Below are positions 42,953-52,883 of a stretch of DNA of 64,000 bases, one piece after another (within the stretch, counting starts at the first letter, position 1; every line of letters begins with the position of its first letter). The notes under the pieces are model-generated. The model had not been told where the DNA came from and made no database searches. It saw only the letters and a program-made list of their open reading frames with translations. A program made the position numbers and the translations under genes. Source of the stretch: an uncultured virus (IMG/VR IMGVR_UViG_3300021197_001811) (lineage: Duplodnaviria; Heunggongvirae; Uroviricota; Caudoviricetes). Where the stretch lies: the IMG/VR virus record IMGVR_UViG_3300021197_001811, one strand, 5' to 3'.

Positions 42953-45030
42953 TAGAAACACATCCTATACAAGGACCATTTGTTTCCAACGTCGGCCATA
43001 CCCGTTTCCTTATAATTGTATCCGGGTGGAAGAGGGAATATGTTGCGAGCCACGCCGCCGTCCATAGAGGCGTCCACTGCAGCGTCTTCCACACCTGCGT
43101 CGTGAACTCCCCCATCTGGTTGGTCCTCTATTCTCCTGTTGATGCACGCAGCCTCTTCGATCGCTTCTTGGACCGCTTCGGAGATGGCCCTGACGTTCTC
43201 GGCCTGGTCATTCCAACGTCTGCTCAACTCCCGGTGGACGGCGCCGTTTTCAATAAGTTGGCTGTAGCTGGCTTGAGTGCTCGGAGGACCGATAATAAAA
43301 ACCATACCTCCGGAACGTGCCATAGCCATTGCAGCAGTGTGCTCATCAAATAAGTCACCCTGACCACGTTCGTCGCCGACGATGACCACTATCCTGTGCT
43401 CGTATTGGCTCAAGTCTGTCGTGTGTGCCGGATTAATCCCAGGCATGTCTGTTGCCCATACTACTTCATCTACGAACCCATCGTTGTCCCAGTCTAGTAA
43501 ATCGTCTGTAAAAAATTTTCCGATGGCGTCGTATGTGTTTTCGGTTCCACCCCCTTGGTTGATCAAATTTCCTGCTATCTGATTCTGGAGAGCGAAAACT
43601 GCATTACTCATATCTTCTACTGGAAGCACTGGTGGATCCTCAATTCCTGGTACACAGTTGTGTGCATATGCCTTGAGATAAGGATCTTCTCTGTGGTCAT
43701 TGCCCACCACTGCCAACATATAACACACATCCAACACCCCTTGATCATGAAGTGCCTGTACTGTGTTCCTTGTTGCTGCAAACGCTGCTAACAGTTCGTT
43801 ATCATGCATCGAGCTAGAGACATCCACAACCATCATCACTGCAACGCTACCTTGTTGAAAGTTTTCATCCGAAAGACCATCACAGTCATCGTCCTCTTCG
43901 TTGCAGCGCTCGTTCCGAGGCAGAATCTCTTCTTGACAATCAAAGTAGCCATGCTCCTCAATGCCGTCTACTCTTCGAGTCTCGCAAATGGCTAAACCTA
44001 GTCGACAAATACCGCCGACGTAATTGGGGCCGTCTTCTCTTCTAGCATAAGCTTCGACCTCTCCTGTTTGCTGATTCGTTGCACAGAGAGAAGTCAGGGG
44101 ACCGCCATTAGGACCCTCATCAATATGATTATCACAATCATCGTCTAGACCATTACAGATCTCTGGTTGTGGGACATAGAGAGGATTTGCACAATCACAA
44201 GCTCCTGCGTCTTCGTCAACCAATCCATCGCAATCATTATCTACAAAGTCACACAACTCATCGGGTAAGGGTCCGCATTCGTCACAAGCGTTTCGCAAAT
44301 CATCATCGATGACTCCATTACAATTGTTATCCAGCCCATCACAGATCTCCTCTGGGACAGGTCCACACTCGCTGCAAGCGTTCAGTACGCCCTCGTCGGT
44401 CGTTCTGTCACAGTCGTTGTCTATAGAGTCACACTCCTCTTCAGAGGGTACAACTTCGTTACGGCAGTCACCGTATTCATAACTAATAATAGATCCACCG
44501 TCGATGTTTGTTATTACTTCCTCACAAAAAGAAGTGCCGCTTCTACAGGGTCCATTCTTATCTGATCCTAAACGACCAGTATAGCAAGCCCTAGATAAAA
44601 TTTCGTTCTGAGATTCTGGAGATTCGTTAAGGTTGCCGTCACAGTCATTGTCGAAAACATCACAGATTTCTTGGCGTGGAAAGTTGACTGCAAAGCAATC
44701 ACTCCACTCTGTATCTCTGCAGATTCTCTCGCCTTCTGAGCAAGGTCCTTCAAGGCTCGGTAAGGTGCAGGCTTCCCTCATACCCCATCGAGGACAAACA
44801 ATCGGCGGCGGTGCAGCGTCAACTATCATGTCGAACCTCATCCTCGCGTCTACGATATAGACGAACTGATCTGGCTCTCTTTGGCGCATATCCCTCGGTA
44901 TAAGGGTTCTAGAACCATCACTTTCTACAAACGTGGCTCCCTTGTCGGCGAGCGAACGGTTGTTAGTGGTCGCTGTATCATCTTCGCACCCAACAAACAA
45001 AAACAACAACAAAAACAAAAACTTCTTCAT
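42952..45030 (-). CDS. lipoprotein with 6 Cys-rich MopE-like repeats and vWA domain
   Basis: start MKKFLFLLL at 45030; lipobox FVGC; E.CD..DN.C.G x6; MIDAS DVSSS; DAG/DGG linkers. Confidence 0.85.
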   Translation of the reverse strand: MKKFLFLLLFLFVGCEDDTATTNNRSLADKGATFVESDGSRTLIPRDMRQREPDQFVYIVDARMRFDMIVDAAPPPIVCPRWGMREACTLPSLEGPCSEGERICRDTEWSDCFAVNFPRQEICDVFDNDCDGNLNESPESQNEILSRACYTGRLGSDKNGPCRSGTSFCEEVITNIDGGSIISYEYGDCRNEVVPSEEECDSIDNDCDRTTDEGVLNACSECGPVPEEICDGLDNNCNGVIDDDLRNACDECGPLPDELCDFVDNDCDGLVDEDAGACDCANPLYVPQPEICNGLDDDCDNHIDEGPNGGPLTSLCATNQQTGEVEAYARREDGPNYVGGICRLGLAICETRRVDGIEEHGYFDCQEEILPRNERCNEEDDDCDGLSDENFQQGSVAVMMVVDVSSSMHDNELLAAFAATRNTVQALHDQGVLDVCYMLAVVGNDHREDPYLKAYAHNCVPGIEDPPVLPVEDMSNAVFALQNQIAGNLINQGGGTENTYDAIGKFFTDDLLDWDNDGFVDEVVWATDMPGINPAHTTDLSQYEHRIVVIVGDERGQGDLFDEHTAAMAMARSGGMVFIIGPPSTQASYSQLIENGAVHRELSRRWNDQAENVRAISEAVQEAIEEAACINRRIEDQPDGGVHDAGVEDAAVDASMDGGVARNIFPLPPGYNYKETGMADVGNKWSLYRMCF

Positions 45031-45737
45031 CACAACTCCATATATTTCTTTTCGTATGCTTTTATAGCTTCTGGAAAGTATTCCTTTGCTATGGCCAAGC
45101 AAGCCTGTGCCACTCTTTGAATTTCCCACTGTGCTCCGTCGTGACTCCGGAGTGATATAAATTTTAATAAATTGTGAAGATTAGCTGTGCCATAATATTG
45201 AGTGTACAGGTTCTGAGGAAGCACCCCTCTTGCTTGCTCACGACACACTCCGGCATCAAGTAGTGACTGGTAAACCTCCATAGAAGTGGCATGATGCCTT
45301 TTTACCATACTTGCAGCGTATCCGCTATGCCCGGTATTATAGGCATCCTTGAATGTAACTAAAGGATTGACCAGGTTATCTTCACTCGCTTGTCGATTAG
45401 ACTTATGTTGTGTTCTAAACTCTTCTGGCTCGTAAAACTGCATATCAACGGACGTATAACGCCTGCTGATCTCGTTGTAAGCCCAAGTCCGGTGGCGATG
45501 ATGCTGGGACCTTATGAAAAGAGGAACAGTAAAACGCATTGTAATAGCACAATGCTCAAATGGGCTAGTATGATTATGCTGCATAAGGTAGTTGATAAGT
45601 TTAAGATCTTTCTCATTTAGCTCCTCCCTTGTTGAGCCAAATGAGACCCTAGCAGCATTGACAACGGACAAGTCGGAACCCATATGACTAACATATTCTA
45701 CAGCTCCGATCTCGTCCCCGTATAAATCAAACTTCAC
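45030..45737 (-). CDS. thyX: FAD-dependent thymidylate synthase
   Basis: HTSPFEH, RHRTWAYNEISRRY, REQARGVLP, R...AQWEI. Confidence 0.97.
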   Translation of the reverse strand: MKFDLYGDEIGAVEYVSHMGSDLSVVNAARVSFGSTREELNEKDLKLINYLMQHNHTSPFEHCAITMRFTVPLFIRSQHHRHRTWAYNEISRRYTSVDMQFYEPEEFRTQHKSNRQASEDNLVNPLVTFKDAYNTGHSGYAASMVKRHHATSMEVYQSLLDAGVCREQARGVLPQNLYTQYYGTANLHNLLKFISLRSHDGAQWEIQRVAQACLAIAKEYFPEAIKAYEKKYMEL

Positions 45738-46044
45738 GTCTTCCCCGCATCACACCCACAACATAATTCTCAAGAATAAGATGAAACTTCTTATCTTTAT
45801 AGTCGATCGTCTCAATCATAGATCTCTCGACTATGATCTCTTGTCGCTCTCTTGAATTGCGAATAGAAGTAAAACTAGGAGCACAGTCCGGAGCAACATC
45901 TACTACAGTTGCAATAATATGCTGCTCCTCTTGTGGCTTATAGTCTTCTGGCAAGAGAATGCCCGTGTCGTCCTTTTCCTTCTTGAAGTGAGGTACAATA
46001 AGAATGCGGCGATTCACCGGGATTAGCGACGTAGTATCAACCAT
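45727..46044 (-). CDS. groES: co-chaperonin GroES-like
   Basis: LIPVNRRILI, TGILLP mobile loop, A.VV.V, ILEN.VVG. Confidence 0.75.
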   Translation of the reverse strand: MVDTTSLIPVNRRILIVPHFKKEKDDTGILLPEDYKPQEEQHIIATVVDVAPDCAPSFTSIRNSRERQEIIVERSMIETIDYKDKKFHLILENYVVGVMRGRREV

Positions 46045-46318
46045 TGGTCCCCACAGTCTTCTTCACATGCTTGAAGAAATCTAGTAGCTGATCCATATCA
46101 GTGTCGTTCTTCATTAGTCGATAAGCTCTGACTGCCATGCGCAGCTCTTCCTTAGTAAGCCATCCATTTTCAACGTAGTTCTGTCGTAGGTCACGCTTGG
46201 ACTCCTTAAAGGGCTCCATCGCCTCCTCTACAGCTGCGAGGTTCTTGATAAAGCTAGTAATGTGCTTCTCCTTCTCCTCGATGGTCTCGTTATTAACGAT
46301 GTGTAAATTAGTAGCCAT
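46037..46318 (-). CDS. GapR/DUF2312 or T4 DsbA-like dsDNA-binding protein
   Basis: ITSFIK.L..VEE......KRDL.....G......L..AVR..R pattern; own promoter 46354-46382. Confidence 0.45.
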   Translation of the reverse strand: MATNLHIVNNETIEEKEKHITSFIKNLAAVEEAMEPFKESKRDLRQNYVENGWLTKEELRMAVRAYRLMKNDTDMDQLLDFFKHVKKTVGTNG

Positions 46319-46388
46319 TATTTCTCCTTTTTATTTTTGGTAACTACTCTGCCAGTATAGCAGGATTATAATACAAAATCAAGTGTTT

Positions 46389-48254
46389 TTATAGAAATTT
46401 TATTGTACAGCTTCCGCCGGCACAAGCGGCCTCTGCTGTAAGATTCGTTTCATCCGTTTCTTCAACGATTTTCGACAAGTCAACTTCTTTTAAAGTCTCG
46501 AAGAGGGCCTCATAAGTCTCTTTCGAACAGTCCTCAAAAGGAGCTTGCTTATAAGTTCCACCGTTATACGGAAGAACGGAAAGGCCGGTATAAGAATCGC
46601 GGTTTTCCCACATCCACTCTCCAACGTCATACCACTCTGCGTCTTTTGTAGAGATTGTAGCCGATACGTTATGATTGTTTGGACCCTTTCTATAGCCCGT
46701 GAAGACCCAGTCCTCTGTGACCTTCTTTACTCTCTTTAAGAGATGTAAGGCACTCTCTGTTCTCATTATTGAGTTTTCTGGTGCCTTCTGAGGCACGGAG
46801 ATAACTGCTGTATCGTGTGGGCTAAAGTATTCGTCCTCTACGAGTTCTGGATGGTTTTCCAGCAAGTACTTGTAGATCGACTCATTCTTCCCAACACGTA
46901 CACGACGAATATAGTAATCATTGTGCCATGCATGAATGCCGCTTGACGTGCCCAAAACAAGAGAAGTTGTTCCAGCTGGCTTTACTGCAGTGCAGCGGGC
47001 TGCCGGATTGATTCCGATCAACTCTGCGACTCTTGCATTTTCTTTCTTTACAATCTTCGCTGCTGATTTCATATCAAGCTCTAAAACATTGCGAGAAGCG
47101 ATCCCTGTCATACTAACCCCAAGTAGAGCGTCTCTCTCACAGTTTGCCTGCCAAGCAGGACGAAGGTAATGAAAGTCAGTGTAGCCGGCTTGTAGAGTTC
47201 CAATAAAAGAAGCAACTCTCGCTCGCTCTTCTAGTTCCTCCTGCGTTTCAACATCGCTTACGTTAATCTCTGTTAGGTTGCACATTTGGCAGGACCTCAA
47301 AGAAATCTCGTGACAGGGATTGAATCCCCTTTCCTTATCGTTAGTAAAAGAGAACCCAGGCTCTCCAGCTCCAGAAGCTTTAATCCTCTCCCATAGGTCC
47401 ATAAATGTCTCTTTCTCAATTCTGTGGCGAAGAAGCACCACTGAGTTATTGGACCTGCCTCTCTGAGGGTTCTTTTCCCACCAGTTGCCTGACTTGGCAG
47501 CCAGCATCTCATTGTCGTTGGCAGAGAACAATGAAATCATTGCAGCTCTTCTTATACCACCAGAAAGGACGGCGTCTGCCAAATGGCACATAATATCATG
47601 ACACTCAACAGAAGTGAGCTTTTCTCCGTCCTGCTTGTCGTCGAGAATCCCTTTAACCTTAAGCAGGCACTCTTTTAGTGGCTGTGGGCCTGGAGCTTTG
47701 CCGCCGGAGGTGATTAGTCGCTCACCCTTTGCTCTGATATCCCCGTAATCAAAGCGGATATGAGAAGTTCTGCCCCCATAGTAGGTCTCCATCAACGCCT
47801 TAACGGCATCGGCCCAGCCTTCGATGCTATCCTGAATAAGATACCTGTATGTTCTCTTCGAGGTTGGCTTACGAATCTCTGGTAGCTGCTCTACGTGATG
47901 GCTCTGTACCGAATACCCCACGCCGCAACCAGAGAGGAGGAGAAACATTGATTCATTAAACGCTCTGTAATCATCCACTGCTACAAACGAACAATTGAAC
48001 ATTCGCGAGGGATTGATCTCAATTGGCTTGCCTCCAAACTGCATAGATCTCATAGAAGGTAGAACTTTCTTATCAAGCACCATCTTATATGCCTTTGTAA
48101 TTTGAAGTTCCATATGGGGATACTTCCTTAAGTGCATATGCATATTACGGGACACTAGCTCCTCCCAACTTTCTCTCTTGTTTTGTTCGGGAAGGAACCT
48201 TGCGTATTTCATGTGAACCGTTATGTCTGATAGTATTTGATTTGATAATTCCAT
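46389..48254 (-). CDS. nrdJ: class II (B12-dependent) ribonucleotide reductase
   Basis: FNC, GGIRRAA, NPCHE, CNL, VKPAGT, C-terminal CAGGSC. Confidence 0.92.
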   Translation of the reverse strand: MELSNQILSDITVHMKYARFLPEQNKRESWEELVSRNMHMHLRKYPHMELQITKAYKMVLDKKVLPSMRSMQFGGKPIEINPSRMFNCSFVAVDDYRAFNESMFLLLSGCGVGYSVQSHHVEQLPEIRKPTSKRTYRYLIQDSIEGWADAVKALMETYYGGRTSHIRFDYGDIRAKGERLITSGGKAPGPQPLKECLLKVKGILDDKQDGEKLTSVECHDIMCHLADAVLSGGIRRAAMISLFSANDNEMLAAKSGNWWEKNPQRGRSNNSVVLLRHRIEKETFMDLWERIKASGAGEPGFSFTNDKERGFNPCHEISLRSCQMCNLTEINVSDVETQEELEERARVASFIGTLQAGYTDFHYLRPAWQANCERDALLGVSMTGIASRNVLELDMKSAAKIVKKENARVAELIGINPAARCTAVKPAGTTSLVLGTSSGIHAWHNDYYIRRVRVGKNESIYKYLLENHPELVEDEYFSPHDTAVISVPQKAPENSIMRTESALHLLKRVKKVTEDWVFTGYRKGPNNHNVSATISTKDAEWYDVGEWMWENRDSYTGLSVLPYNGGTYKQAPFEDCSKETYEALFETLKEVDLSKIVEETDETNLTAEAACAGGSCTIKFL

Positions 48255-48258
48255 TATA

Positions 48259-49632
48259 TTAACTCTCCTTTTTAAAGTCTTTGTATTTTTCTTTTAACTT
48301 CTGCATCTGTTTCCTCGCTGAGTTTTCTATAATGTCTTCTATCGAATCGTTTGTCGGTGGTAGCACTTTAATCTTTACGTTGCTCGTGTCCATGAATATT
48401 GGATAAACCAATCCATCAGGACCGTTTCTATTTTTGGCCACAAAGATACGTCCACTATTGGTGTTCTTGTCATCAATAGTCCTCGATACAGTAAATATAA
48501 AATCAGCGACGAAGCATTTATTGAACGCTTCTGAGATGGCTTCCATCGTTATAACTTCCGCGTTCAAGCCGCTTCTATTTGTTTGAGAGGCTGTCCAGAC
48601 TGGGCACTCATTGGCTTGCGCAATTCCTCTCAACTCCTCATAAATAGTCTCCAGTTGGTGTCTTTTCTCATCTTTTCCTGAAGAAATTGGCCGAAGGAGG
48701 TCTCCGTAGTCGACGATGATCAGATCGGGCTCGAAACCCCTTAGTTTCATCTTCTCAAGGTGGCTTCGGAGTGTCTGTACACTCGCAGAGCGAGTTGGGT
48801 ACTCTTTAACAACAAGCCTTCCCTCAATCTCTTGGATTTCCTCATAGATCTTCTCTTTAAACGATGTCATATTAGAAAGATCAACGCCTGTTATGCAGCT
48901 ATCATACCTTCCCGCTACAATAGTGTCTCCCAACTCTAAGGTGTAGTGAACAACATTCTTTCCTGCTTTGAGGGCCTGGGCACCTAAATGAACTAGTGCC
49001 ATACTCTTACCCGCACCAGTCGGAGCAATGCAAACTCCTAGCTCGCCCTTGCCCAGGCCCCCTTTGCATAAAGAATCGAGTTGTGTCCAACCTGTCGTGA
49101 TTGGGTTTCTCTCCTTAAGTTCAAATCTTCTTTCGAAGTCGAGAAGATAATCATAACCAAAGTCGTTATCGCTACCTAATTTAATAGCCTCATTAATAAC
49201 ACTACTTACCTCTTCAAACGAAGATCTCTTAATTAGGTCAACAGACTTGATTAAGGCCTCTTTTAGCTTTTGCTTTCTACAAAAGTCAAGAGAAACATCC
49301 TTGATATACTCTGAACCCTCTGGCTCCAAGCCTGTTGACAAGACCCTTGCGTAATAATCCCTGATTAAAACCTGGATAGATTCCGGTTCTCTCTTTATCT
49401 CCGTTCTGATAATGGATTTCATTATCTTCTCGGTAGGGTGGACGCCGTATCTCTTCCTATATCCAGAAATCTTCTTGACAAAGACTCTTAGGTGCTTGAG
49501 TTCCAGGAAATTTGTGTCGAATACTTCGAAGATCTGATCGGCAAAAGGCCTGTCTGCCAAAATCAGATGGCACAAGTCCTCTTGAAAAGTCTTTCCAAAG
49601 TTGGAAAAATCTTCTCTTTCTTTTTCTGTCAT
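48259..49632 (-). CDS. DnaB-like (T4 gp41-type) replicative helicase
   Basis: APTGAGKS, YTLE, IIVDY, ASQTNR, KNRNGP. Confidence 0.93.
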   Translation of the reverse strand: MTEKEREDFSNFGKTFQEDLCHLILADRPFADQIFEVFDTNFLELKHLRVFVKKISGYRKRYGVHPTEKIMKSIIRTEIKREPESIQVLIRDYYARVLSTGLEPEGSEYIKDVSLDFCRKQKLKEALIKSVDLIKRSSFEEVSSVINEAIKLGSDNDFGYDYLLDFERRFELKERNPITTGWTQLDSLCKGGLGKGELGVCIAPTGAGKSMALVHLGAQALKAGKNVVHYTLELGDTIVAGRYDSCITGVDLSNMTSFKEKIYEEIQEIEGRLVVKEYPTRSASVQTLRSHLEKMKLRGFEPDLIIVDYGDLLRPISSGKDEKRHQLETIYEELRGIAQANECPVWTASQTNRSGLNAEVITMEAISEAFNKCFVADFIFTVSRTIDDKNTNSGRIFVAKNRNGPDGLVYPIFMDTSNVKIKVLPPTNDSIEDIIENSARKQMQKLKEKYKDFKKES

Positions 49633-49687
49633 GATTAGCCTTTTATTTTATAAACGATCTTAACACAAATAGCGGGAACATGCAAGG

Positions 49688-50647
49688 CTAAAAGTCTGAA
49701 ATCATCCTGTTGAAACTCTCGAACAAGGAATTGAGAGACACCTCTCCGATGCCGTCCTGGTGCATCAGCTTACGAAGACCCGTCTTATTAAACTCTGGGA
49801 CGTGCGCTCCTAAGGTTTCATCAATCTTTGTTCTCCCCTGAATTGAAATTGTCGGGGAATATAACTGCATTATCTTATAGTTGCTCTTTATCGTCTCAAC
49901 CTCTTCCAAAACTCGGTCGTAGACCTTTAATCCTGTCTCCTGAGAGTGGCAGTGTTTGATGATGTCTTCAACATAACACTCCTCCTCCTTGAGAAAGAAT
50001 GGAAACCTCTTTGCAACAGTCGCTAGACCCACACCACGAATGCCATCCAAGTTATCGCTCTTGTCTCCGACCATAGCGCGAGCTAGGGCGAAGTTGTTAG
50101 GATGGATACCATACTCTTGCAAGATCTTGTTCTTGTTTAAGACCTGGTCCTGCGTGGGCCTGTATAAAATGGTCTCTTCGTCCAGAAGCTGAATGAAGTC
50201 TTTATCACTTGAGATGATTACCTTTTGCCAGCCATCGAACCTTTTCGCCTGTGCGATGTGTGAAATCACATCGTCGGCTTCAACTCTTGGTTCCATAAAT
50301 TGAACGATAGGGGTCTGGTTGAGATACTCAATCGCTCGAACTTGCTGCCAAGCTTTATTCTCTCTCTCCTGAGCCTCTGTCAAGTGGCGTATATCTCGGT
50401 TGAGCCTTACAGGCTTTCTTCCTTGTTTATAATTCTTATTCTGGGCTCTTCTCTTTTGAGAGCCACCTTCCCCGTCCCACACAACAATGGTCATGTCTGG
50501 ACCTATGACTCTCGTTAATTTATTGAGAATCTTTAGAAACCCCTTCGAGCCACCAATGGGTTGACCATTAACTGACAAGCTTGGGTCTACGATATATGAT
50601 CTTAAAAATTGATTGTGCGCATCCACAATCATAAGTCGGTTGTTCAC
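49688..50647 (-). CDS. 5'-3' exonuclease/flap endonuclease (T4 RNase H-like)
   Basis: IVDAHN, YKQGR, EADD, SSDKD, GDKSDN.GI.GVG. Confidence 0.93.
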   Translation of the reverse strand: MNNRLMIVDAHNQFLRSYIVDPSLSVNGQPIGGSKGFLKILNKLTRVIGPDMTIVVWDGEGGSQKRRAQNKNYKQGRKPVRLNRDIRHLTEAQERENKAWQQVRAIEYLNQTPIVQFMEPRVEADDVISHIAQAKRFDGWQKVIISSDKDFIQLLDEETILYRPTQDQVLNKNKILQEYGIHPNNFALARAMVGDKSDNLDGIRGVGLATVAKRFPFFLKEEECYVEDIIKHCHSQETGLKVYDRVLEEVETIKSNYKIMQLYSPTISIQGRTKIDETLGAHVPEFNKTGLRKLMHQDGIGEVSLNSLFESFNRMISDF

Positions 50648-50658
50648 GATTTGCCTTT

Positions 50659-50692
50659 CAAAAAAGGCTCCGGGGGGAGGAACCCCCGGAGC
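50659..50692 (-). terminator. intrinsic terminator after recA
   Basis: GCTCCGGGGG-TTCCTC-CCCCCGGAGC then CTTTTTT. Confidence 0.85.
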
Positions 50693-50718
50693 GTAGTGCT
50701 AAGGACCAAACGGAGGAT

Positions 50719-51849
50719 CTACTCCTTAGCGGGCGAGTCTTCTTCCTTCTCGTAATAGTTGGAAGCATCTCCTGTTCTGTTATTGAATTTCATTATAACA
50801 TCTTCATCGATGATTTGCAACACTCTTTTACGAAAATCTTCATTCTCTAATTCTTTCACCCAGCCTTTTCGCTGGAACTTCTTTTCTGTCCCATCTTCCA
50901 AGGTTAGTGAAAACCATGCTCCTGATTGCTTCAGACTATCTGAAATCTGAATAGCATCGAACCAACTCTCTTCGTCCTGGACTCCAACGGAATCAGTGTT
51001 GCCCCAAAGAATTTTGAAGTTACAATGACGACCAGCAGTACCAAAGCGCGACTTTTCAAGTTTCGCTTTAACTTCTGACCCGATCCTAAATCCGTTTTCG
51101 TCTTGTACGAAAGAAGCCTTTGCCTTTCTCCCTGTGAGCCAGATGCGCAAAGAATATGCATAATGCATCGCTTTCCCACCAGGAGTAACGTAGGGAGTCG
51201 TCATTGCTTCAGATGGAGAACGAGTGATATTCGTCTTCAACTGATTAAGCACCAACAATGTTGCCCTACTATTGGCAATTGGTACAGTTAGCTTAGACAT
51301 CCCCTTTGACAAAATTCTAGCCTTTACCGCCATCGAAGATTGCGGATTAAAGTCTCCTTCAATGTCAGAGATTGCTGGTGTTAGCGCTAGTGAGTCCCAA
51401 ATAAACAACCACTTATTGCCAGTTGCTAAAAGCTCCTCTACTGTTTCCAACACAAACTCAACGCTCTCTGCCTGAATATACATCAGACGGTCTAGATCGC
51501 ATCCAGCTCTCTCAAGGAACGAAGGATCAATTGCAGACTCGGAATCGAAGTATACAACGTCAAGCCCCATCTTTTGAGCATTCGCAGCGATCTGCGTTGC
51601 CATATAAGACTTGCCGGTAGCTTCTAAGCCTGCAATCTCTACAATCTTCCCTACAGGAATCCCTGCAAGCTTTCCCTTGCAGATTATAGAGTCCAACCAG
51701 CGCGAGCCAGTTGGAATCCACTCCTTTACCTCTGTCGGATTATCTTCCGCTAGACTGTGAGCCACATCGCGCCCAGCCTTCTTGTTGATAATCCGGCGCA
51801 TCTCATCCATAGAGATTTTGCCTGGTTTAATTTTACTTATCTTTGCCAA
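50719..51849 (-). CDS. recA: RecA/UvsX recombinase
   Basis: GLEATGKS, FDSE, IWDSL, LNQLK, TPGGKA; TTG start after GGAG. Confidence 0.93.
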   Translation of the reverse strand: MAKISKIKPGKISMDEMRRIINKKAGRDVAHSLAEDNPTEVKEWIPTGSRWLDSIICKGKLAGIPVGKIVEIAGLEATGKSYMATQIAANAQKMGLDVVYFDSESAIDPSFLERAGCDLDRLMYIQAESVEFVLETVEELLATGNKWLFIWDSLALTPAISDIEGDFNPQSSMAVKARILSKGMSKLTVPIANSRATLLVLNQLKTNITRSPSEAMTTPYVTPGGKAMHYAYSLRIWLTGRKAKASFVQDENGFRIGSEVKAKLEKSRFGTAGRHCNFKILWGNTDSVGVQDEESWFDAIQISDSLKQSGAWFSLTLEDGTEKKFQRKGWVKELENEDFRKRVLQIIDEDVIMKFNNRTGDASNYYEKEEDSPAKE

Positions 51850-51860
51850 GTTATTTACTC

Positions 51861-52379
51861 CTACCAATTTACGCCAGTTGTCAACGCCATAGCCCAATAT
51901 CCATCAGTATCAGGAATAAAGCTAAAATGTAAAGGTACACTAAGAATCCCAGCTTGTGCGGTGTAGCCGATTGCTGCAATTAAGTGAACATACTTGCCTT
52001 TGTCTGACGGATCAAAGGCTGAGACGTTTGGACCTACCCCAATTTGGACTTGTTTATCGATCTCGAAACCAACCAGGACACTAACAGACGGATTAATCAC
52101 ACTTTGATCGAGACCACTAACAGTAATATTCTCGATAAATAAAATGTCTAACCACTCTCCGCCTTCCATTGTCTGTTGCATCTCGAAACCCAGTACAAAC
52201 GTATGTGGGCTGAGTCGCTTAGCTTCTCCGGGGGAATTCAAGTCTTCCACTTCCCTGAGGCCGTTAAGATAACCGTATCCAAACCTAAGCCCAGCACGTT
52301 TATCCCAATTTTTATCTTGTGCGAACGCTGGTGATGCCATCATCAATGCCAGTGCGCAGAGTAATGCTTTTTTCAACAT
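51861..52379 (-). CDS. outer-membrane beta-barrel-like protein
   Basis: signal peptide AFA/Q, alternating beta strands, C-terminal aromatic (GVNW). Confidence 0.65.
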   Translation of the reverse strand: MLKKALLCALALMMASPAFAQDKNWDKRAGLRFGYGYLNGLREVEDLNSPGEAKRLSPHTFVLGFEMQQTMEGGEWLDILFIENITVSGLDQSVINPSVSVLVGFEIDKQVQIGVGPNVSAFDPSDKGKYVHLIAAIGYTAQAGILSVPLHFSFIPDTDGYWAMALTTGVNW

Positions 52380-52380
52380 T

Positions 52381-52821
52381 TTAGTCTACACTCACAAGCT
52401 CAATCTCAAAGTTCAAGTTCTTTCCTGCCATAGGATGATTGAAGTCTAAAGTAACCGTATTGTTTTCCAACGTGTGTACTCTGGCAGTGAAGGTCTCTCC
52501 TGTGCCGGTGGTTCCCTGTACGACTTGTCCCAACTCAGGCGTAAAGCCCTCGGTGAACATATCTGTCGGAACAACCTGAAAAGCCTCGGGATTGAAATCC
52601 CCATACCCGTCTTCAGGCGTTACTGAAACATTCTTTGTCTCTCCGATTGTCATGCCGTCAACGGCGGTATCAAATCCAGAAATCATATCTCCGGCGCCCA
52701 CTTCAAAGGTGATTGGCGCACCACGATCCTTGGAACTATCGAATAACGTGCCGTCATCCAAGGTCCCTACATAGTGAACATTCACCGTACGACCCTTGAG
52801 GGCCTTTCTCTTCTTTCCCAT
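52381..52821 (-). CDS. FKBP-type peptidyl-prolyl isomerase (SlyD/SlpA-like)
   Basis: VHYVGTLDDG.LFDSS, P.DGYG, LDFNHPMAGK.L.F. Confidence 0.93.
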   Translation of the reverse strand: MGKKRKALKGRTVNVHYVGTLDDGTLFDSSKDRGAPITFEVGAGDMISGFDTAVDGMTIGETKNVSVTPEDGYGDFNPEAFQVVPTDMFTEGFTPELGQVVQGTTGTGETFTARVHTLENNTVTLDFNHPMAGKNLNFEIELVSVD

Positions 52822-52840
52822 TATTCTAATCCTTTCTTTA

Positions 52841-52870
52841 AAAAATGAGGCACCTGTAAACCCGTGCCTC
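52841..52870 (-). terminator. hairpin/terminator candidate after ssb
   Basis: GAGGCAC-N10-GTGCCTC followed by ATTTTT. Confidence 0.55.
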
Positions 52871-52883
52871 CCTGCGGTTTGGT

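Noticed and set aside
36301..51849. Inteins or introns in dnaE, nrdJ, helicase or recA
   Set aside because: Lengths are normal and no C...HN-(C/S/T) splice motifs or frame breaks were seen.
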